A DNA stretch of 64,000 nucleotides, taken from assembly GCA_021513695.1 (NCBI GenBank), contig CP084166.1:2368001-2432000 (forward strand), in the 5' to 3' direction. Positions within the stretch are counted from its first letter, which is position 1, and each line of letters opens with the position of its first letter. Origin of the DNA: Candidatus Heimdallarchaeum aukensis. Lineage in GTDB: Archaea > Asgardarchaeota > Heimdallarchaeia > Heimdallarchaeales > Heimdallarchaeaceae. The notes under the pieces are model-generated. The model was not told where the DNA came from. It made no database searches and saw only the letters and a list, made by a program, of their open reading frames with translations. This document shows positions 58,931 to 64,000 of this stretch, one piece after another. The translations under genes and the position numbers were made by a program.

Positions 58931-59534
58931 ATTTGAGACAGGAGAATACCTTGTGAAACTAGCTAGAAAAGCAGGAGAAAGTTGGGTTAAGTATAATAAA
59001 GCTATTGACCCTATAGAACCCATTCCTGAGCAAGCAAAAATGAAAACAGGAGCTTTTGTAACAGTAAAAAAGTATAAATTTACTTTAGAAAGCCTAAGAG
59101 GATGTATCGGTTACGTAGAAGGCATTGCTCCTTTATATGAAGAAGTGATAATGCTTGCAAAATCTGCAACACAAGAAGATCCCAGATTTCCCCCAGTAAA
59201 ACCAGATGAGTTGTCAAATTTGCTTTTTGAAGTAACTATAATGACTGTACCAAAAATAATCAATTATAACTCAATTGAGGAATTAATAAGTCAAATAAAG
59301 ATAGGGAGGGATGGATTAATAGTAGAAAAAGGGTTTAACAGAGGACTTCTCCTACCTCAAGTCCCAGTAGAGCAAAATTGGTCTGTTGAAGAATTCTTGT
59401 CTTACACATGTAGAAAAGCTTATCTCCCTACTGATGCTTGGAAAAAAATGGATCTGAAAATTAAGAAATTTCAGGGTGTAATATTCAAGGAGATAGTTCC
59501 TGAAGGAAAAATTGAACAGGAAGTTATTCAATAA
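58920..59534 (+). CDS. AMMECR1 domain protein
   Basis: LRGCIGYVEG…DPRFPPV, the hallmark AMMECR1 motifs. Overlaps the Mut7-C gene by about 11 nt. Confidence 0.8.
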   Translation: MKIEFETGEYLVKLARKAGESWVKYNKAIDPIEPIPEQAKMKTGAFVTVKKYKFTLESLRGCIGYVEGIAPLYEEVIMLAKSATQEDPRFPPVKPDELSNLLFEVTIMTVPKIINYNSIEELISQIKIGRDGLIVEKGFNRGLLLPQVPVEQNWSVEEFLSYTCRKAYLPTDAWKKMDLKIKKFQGVIFKEIVPEGKIEQEVIQ

Positions 59535-60459
59535 TTTTAAGAATTTTATCAATCTTTTTGAAATCTGGCCTTTCAGCTATGTCAGGAACAAAAATTGGTA
59601 TAGTAACTGGAAGCTTTTGTTCAATTTGGTAAAATAGATTTTTTGACATAACTATTGCTTTAGAATTACTACGTGAATAAAGAGAAAGTATCTCTTCTAC
59701 TCTATCTTTTTGACTTTCAATAAATAGCAAATGTTGTTCCTTAGAACTTTTAGATTGGAGGTCTAATATCAATTCAATAAAATTAAGAAATGTTTTGTTA
59801 AAATCATCCCGAGGTTTGAAAGAACAGATTGTAGTATTTGCTCCACGTTGATACATTTTCAGGATATTAGCTAAATCTTCTTTTTTTCCTTCAACTAGAA
59901 TTAATACTCTTCCTTGGCAACCTACAGGTAATCCTCCTAAACCTTCTTCTTTTGCATGAAACAGGTATGCATCTTTTTCTCTAACCTCAATGAACAGTGT
60001 ATATTCTGGAGAAGTTAAATCCACTTTTAGTTGTTTGCTAGAACATTTTTCTAAAATAAACGATCCAATTTCAGCTGCAAGTTCCATGCTGGTGAAAGGG
60101 TGAGTTCCTACTCTTTTTACTCTTACTGCAAAAGAAGAGTGGGTCTGAATTTCATTAAGTAGCTGCTTTTCAATAACATTTTTGATTTCCTCTAATTCTG
60201 AGGGACATTTTATTGTTTTACTTATACTTTTGACTCCTGGAACAAAAGCACTAACAATTCTTTCAGCTTTTTCCAACTCGTCTGTTGACACAAAAATTCT
60301 GCTATATTGGTTTGAAACCCTAAAATCTTGAATGTTGAAATAGTTTAAACAATATCTAATGTGATTTAATAGAATAGATGTAAACCATTGTCTAGTTTTT
60401 TTACTTTTAATTCCAATTTCAGAGAAACGTACTAGCAGTAAGTGTGGATAGTCATTCAT
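59524..60459 (-). CDS. THUMP-domain protein (ThiI/Tan1-like N-terminal module, no PP-loop)
   Basis: N-terminus LLLVRFSEIGIKSKKTRQWF resembles the ThiI/THUMP-family start (…IRYGEIxLKGKNR). No SGGxDS motif. Confidence 0.4.
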   Translation of the reverse strand: MNDYPHLLLVRFSEIGIKSKKTRQWFTSILLNHIRYCLNYFNIQDFRVSNQYSRIFVSTDELEKAERIVSAFVPGVKSISKTIKCPSELEEIKNVIEKQLLNEIQTHSSFAVRVKRVGTHPFTSMELAAEIGSFILEKCSSKQLKVDLTSPEYTLFIEVREKDAYLFHAKEEGLGGLPVGCQGRVLILVEGKKEDLANILKMYQRGANTTICSFKPRDDFNKTFLNFIELILDLQSKSSKEQHLLFIESQKDRVEEILSLYSRSNSKAIVMSKNLFYQIEQKLPVTIPIFVPDIAERPDFKKIDKILKIIE

Positions 60460-60507
60460 TAGTTTTACCTAGAATGAAGGAAGAAACGAAGAATATAAGA
60501 ATAACTA

Positions 60508-60765
60508 TTATTCATTAAAGAAATCTATGCCCTCGATGAATCTTTCTCTTCTCTCTTCTTTTTCTGCTTCGCTAATTTCTATTTCTTCTTCCTCGATTAT
60601 GACATCACCTAATTCACTAGATTTGTGTTCAACTTCTTCTTGTATTTCGTATTTTGAAGTATCGTCGATATCTTTTTCAAACTTACACTTAGGGCATATA
60701 AGAATGCGTTTTTTACCCTTCTTTGCAGGGATTAACATTTTTCCGCAATTTTCACAGAATTCCAC
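60508..60765 (-). CDS. Small zinc-ribbon protein with an acidic C-terminal tail (TFS/Rpb9 N-terminal ribbon-like)
   Basis: MEFCENCGKMLIPAKKGKKRILICPKCKFE, then an E/I-rich acidic tail. No second ribbon. Confidence 0.4.
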   Translation of the reverse strand: MEFCENCGKMLIPAKKGKKRILICPKCKFEKDIDDTSKYEIQEEVEHKSSELGDVIIEEEEIEISEAEKEERRERFIEGIDFFNE

Positions 60766-60956
60766 GTGCTACTCACTTTTTTATCTTGTGATTTTTGGTA
60801 TGTCGCTTTTCACTTTTTAACTTTTCTCTTTAAAACTTTTTTAGCAGATTCTTTATATTTTCTTGTAAATTTTCTAACAATTTTGTAAAATAACAATTCC
60901 AATAACTGCAAAGAGATAAACTTTTGAACTGCTTTTTTTTTACTTATCTGAAAAGA

Positions 60957-62000
60957 ATGCCTAATAAAACTTCTCCTAGAAAAGATGAGCATCTAAAGAT
61001 ATGCAATGAGTTAGACGTAAATTATGATCTAATTTCTCCTGGTTTTGAGAAAGTAAGCATCTCTGATGAGCTTTCAAACTTCTCAGATGTTACTCCTGAT
61101 ATGGTTAAACTTGAAACTTCACTATTTGGAAAAAAAATAGATTTTCCAGTGATTATCTCAGGAATAACTGGAGGTTCAGAAGAAGGAAAAAAAATTAACA
61201 AATCTATAGCTAAAGTTTGTAATGAATTTAATATCGCCATGGGTGTAGGAAGTCAGAGAGCAGCAATTGAAGATCCACAATTGGTATCTACTTATCAAGT
61301 TCGAGAGTATGCTCCTAATATTCCTTTAATTGGGAATCTTGGGGTAGCTCAACTCTTAGATAAAACAAATGGAGAAAAGGTAAAACTTGCTGTAGAAATG
61401 ATTGATGCAGATGCTATAGCTTTGCACATAAATCCTTTACAAGAATATGTACAATATGAAGGAGACAAACATTTTACTAACATGATTCCATCTTTAAGGC
61501 ATATAGTTCAAAACAGCAGTTTTCCTATAATAATAAAAGGTGTTGGTTTCGGATTTAGTTTTAAGGATATGCAAATAATTGGTAAAATAGGCGCAAAATA
61601 TGTAGACATTGCTGGTGCAGGAGGAACAAATTGGACGAAAATAGAACTTTATAGACATAAAAAAGAATTTGGTTTTTCTAATGATTTTGTAAATCTGGGC
61701 ATCTCAACAGTAGAAACACTAAGAAACGCCGTACTTGTGCAACAGACTTATCCTTACAAAATTATTGCATCTGGAGGAATATGGTCAGGAATAAATGCTG
61801 TAAAAGCTTTGCTTTTAGGTGCTGATTACGTGGGTTTAGCTCTACCAATCGTAAAAGCTTTCTATCATAAAGGAGAAGAAGGAATAAAATCTTTTCTTTC
61901 AACTTTCATAACTGAAATGAAAATAGTTTTAGCTATGATGGGTATTAGAGACTTAAGTCAACTAAATAAAAGAAAAAAGAAATTCTTATCCCACCAGTAA
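60957..62000 (+). CDS. fni: Isopentenyl-diphosphate delta-isomerase, type 2 (FMN-dependent)
   Basis: N-terminal RKDEHLKIC, MGVGSQRAAIEDP, GTNW, IASGGIWSG…LLLGADYVGLA. ATG at 60957 is preferred over the TTG at 60924. Confidence 0.85.
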   Translation: MPNKTSPRKDEHLKICNELDVNYDLISPGFEKVSISDELSNFSDVTPDMVKLETSLFGKKIDFPVIISGITGGSEEGKKINKSIAKVCNEFNIAMGVGSQRAAIEDPQLVSTYQVREYAPNIPLIGNLGVAQLLDKTNGEKVKLAVEMIDADAIALHINPLQEYVQYEGDKHFTNMIPSLRHIVQNSSFPIIIKGVGFGFSFKDMQIIGKIGAKYVDIAGAGGTNWTKIELYRHKKEFGFSNDFVNLGISTVETLRNAVLVQQTYPYKIIASGGIWSGINAVKALLLGADYVGLALPIVKAFYHKGEEGIKSFLSTFITEMKIVLAMMGIRDLSQLNKRKKKFLSHQ

Positions 62001-62139
62001 ATAGGCTTTAAAGTTAGGAATCAGCCTAACTATGATTCGTCATTGTCTTTTTAGACTCAGCAATGCCTTGCTCATCACTTAGGATCAAATGATTTTTGGA
62101 GTATATCTTTCTTCCTATCTCTCCCTTATTTTAAAAAAA

Positions 62140-63072
62140 TTAAAATAGATTAGTACTTAACATTAATGGTGGAATAATAATTAGTACATTGGCGGCTAAT
62201 ATTGCTGCATAAGCAAATTTATTCCAGTTAAGAATTTTTTTTCCGTCTAGCTGCCATAAGGGAATGCAATTAAAAAGCGCAATAAGTCCGTTGAATAGAG
62301 TTATTTTCAAAAAGATATTTTCAAATATAGGTGAAAAAGTCAAAGGTAGAATTGCAAATTTGATAAGTAAACCAATAATTAGACTAACTCCTCCAATAAT
62401 TGCATTTATAGCTGGACCAGCTAAAGCTACAAGTCCGCCTTCTTTTTTAGTCATTTTTCGTCTAGGATCTAAGGGAACAATTGCTACAAAGCCAGGAACA
62501 ATTAAACCTATTTGGAAAATTAAAGTAAATAATGTGAATAGAATACCTTTTGTCCATAGAACATACCTTGCAAATTGTCCTTTTTTAATTGCCACAAATT
62601 TATGAGCTAGTTCATGAGGTAGAAAAGCTGTACCAATAAGGATTCCTGAAATAATAAATCCCCAGTAGTTTCTTTCGAAGATAAATTCTGATATCCCAAA
62701 TACAAGTATAATTAGTCCAAAACCAAAAATCAGGTCTAAAGCTTCTGAACCTAAAGAAAAAATATCAGGAGAAGCTAACAATCTTCTAGTTATTAATTCT
62801 TTTTTCGATTTATTGTCTAAACGAGATAATTGGTCATAGTATGCTTGTTGGGCTTGTTTTTGAACATATTCTGCAGCTTTTTGTATTCCCGTCATTATAG
62901 CAGAAGTTGCTTGCGCTACTGTCTCTGCTTGTTCTGGGAAAGATTGACCTAAAAAGATGGGGCATTGATGATTTTGGGGATCACGATGCTCCTCACAGAA
63001 AGAGTGGTGACAATATCTACAATAAAAGAGTATATCTTCATCTCTATTACAGTTAGGGTAATCGCATTTCAT
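62140..63072 (-). CDS. M50 (site-2 protease-like) intramembrane metalloprotease with an N-terminal AN1-type zinc finger
   Basis: N-terminal C-x2-C…C-x2-C-H-H-x-F-C…H…C. HELAHKF (HExxH) in a TM segment. LWQLDGKKIL (LDG motif). Confidence 0.65.
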   Translation of the reverse strand: MKCDYPNCNRDEDILFYCRYCHHSFCEEHRDPQNHQCPIFLGQSFPEQAETVAQATSAIMTGIQKAAEYVQKQAQQAYYDQLSRLDNKSKKELITRRLLASPDIFSLGSEALDLIFGFGLIILVFGISEFIFERNYWGFIISGILIGTAFLPHELAHKFVAIKKGQFARYVLWTKGILFTLFTLIFQIGLIVPGFVAIVPLDPRRKMTKKEGGLVALAGPAINAIIGGVSLIIGLLIKFAILPLTFSPIFENIFLKITLFNGLIALFNCIPLWQLDGKKILNWNKFAYAAILAANVLIIIPPLMLSTNLF

Positions 63073-63254
63073 TAGTTAAACTCAATTTAACATAGGCATT
63101 TTAGAACCTATTCATTTAGCAGAAATTTTTCAATGTTCAAATCTAAAATTTTTGAATGAAATAGAATTTTAAAAAATTATAACTGTTTTATTCCAATAAA
63201 ACTTTTAAGGTAGAATCATCTAACATTTTTTAACAACTCAATTTAGGTGTGAAA

Positions 63255-64000
63255 ATGAAACCCGATATTGAAATCTCACAAGAAAAAGCAAAAGATATGA
63301 AAGATATTAGAGAAATTGTAAAAAAAGTAGGTTTAACTGAAGACGATCTTCAGCTTTACGGTAAGTATATAGCCAAGTTAAGTCAAGAGGCCATTTCTCG
63401 CATTCTTAACTCAGATAAAGAAGAAGGAAAATTAATTTTCGTTACAGCTATGACTGCCTCAAAAGCAGGAGAAGGAAAGACAGTAACCAGTATAGGTCTG
63501 TCTCAAGCTTTCGCTAAACTAGGAAAAAATGTAATGTTTGCCATTAGAGAACCATCAATGGGACCAACTTTTGGAATAAAAGGAGGAGCAACTGGTGGAG
63601 GATATTCACAAGTCTTCCCAATGGTTGATATTGATCTGCACTTTACAGGAGATCTTCATGCAATTACATCAGCTCACAATTTACTCGCTGCACTGATTGA
63701 TAATCACATAACGAAAGGTAATAAACTAAACATTGATCCTACTAAGGTCACTTGGCCAAGAGCTTTGGATGTAAATGACAGAGCATTAAGAAACATCATT
63801 ACTGGGTTGGGAGGAAGAAGATTAGGCGGAGATATTCGTAATACTGGTTTTGTAATTACTGCAGCTAGTGAAATAATGGCTATTTTGGCACTTTCAATGG
63901 ATATGAAAGAATTGAAAGAAAGGCTAGGTAATATTTTAATTGGTTATACTTACGATGATAAGCCAGTATATGCAAGAGATCTAAAAGCTGTTGGCGCAAT
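63255..64000 (+). CDS. fhs: Formate--tetrahydrofolate ligase (3'-partial, runs off the window)
   Basis: [22 protein letters not shown] hallmark, plus [13 protein letters not shown]. Confidence 0.85.
   Translation, partial: MKPDIEISQEKAKDMKDIREIVKKVGLTEDDLQLYGKYIAKLSQEAISRILNSDKEEGKLIFVTAMTASKAGEGKTVTSIGLSQAFAKLGKNVMFAIREPSMGPTFGIKGGATGGGYSQVFPMVDIDLHFTGDLHAITSAHNLLAALIDNHITKGNKLNIDPTKVTWPRALDVNDRALRNIITGLGGRRLGGDIRNTGFVITAASEIMAILALSMDMKELKERLGNILIGYTYDDKPVYARDLKAVGA

Noticed and set aside
60810-60992. 60 aa minus-strand ORF overlapping the start of the IDI-2 gene
   Set aside because: It is K-rich and low-complexity, lies in the promoter/5' region of fni, and has no motif. Treated as spurious. 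Its presence supports choosing the downstream ATG (60957) as the fni start.

Overview
Gene-dense, AT-rich (~30-33% GC) 64 kb window, almost certainly archaeal. The archaeal call rests on a class III signal-peptide pilin, NikR, type 2 IPP isomerase, an MptE-like pterin kinase, a bipartite class I fumarase, an archaeal-style C-terminally anchored solute-binding protein, ClC channels with CBS pairs and a partial FTHFS. Two Rab/Ras-like small GTPases with coiled-coil partners, an integrin-like FG-GAP/TSP3-repeat surface protein, a possible tubby-like fold protein and an NFACT (Rqc2) homolog make an Asgard (Lokiarchaeia-like) origin the most plausible inference. About 58 CDS are called. Notable functional genes are a LctBCD-like electron-bifurcating FAD-oxidase/EtfAB operon, two tandem ABC exporters next to a PflX-like radical SAM gene, a LacZ-like GH2 beta-galactosidase, MerA with an NmerA domain, a Sir2 deacetylase, a subtilase, and a COG1205 helicase with a DUF1998 C-terminus. 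Beyond the CDS, there is an intact ~762 bp single-ORF IS element with 16 bp inverted repeats and a perfect 9 bp target-site duplication next to nikR. A surface-protein gene is inactivated by two in-frame stop codons. A GC-enriched ~200 nt intergenic segment has a 9 bp terminal helix and is a candidate structured RNA. Two adjacent surface-protein genes show strongly shifted, C-ending codon usage. No CRISPR array, tRNA or rRNA was recognised. The displayed sequence numbering and the ORF track disagree by about 1 nt near 10.56 kb; that discrepancy is not seen at other checked sites, so coordinates derived by hand are quoted as approximate.
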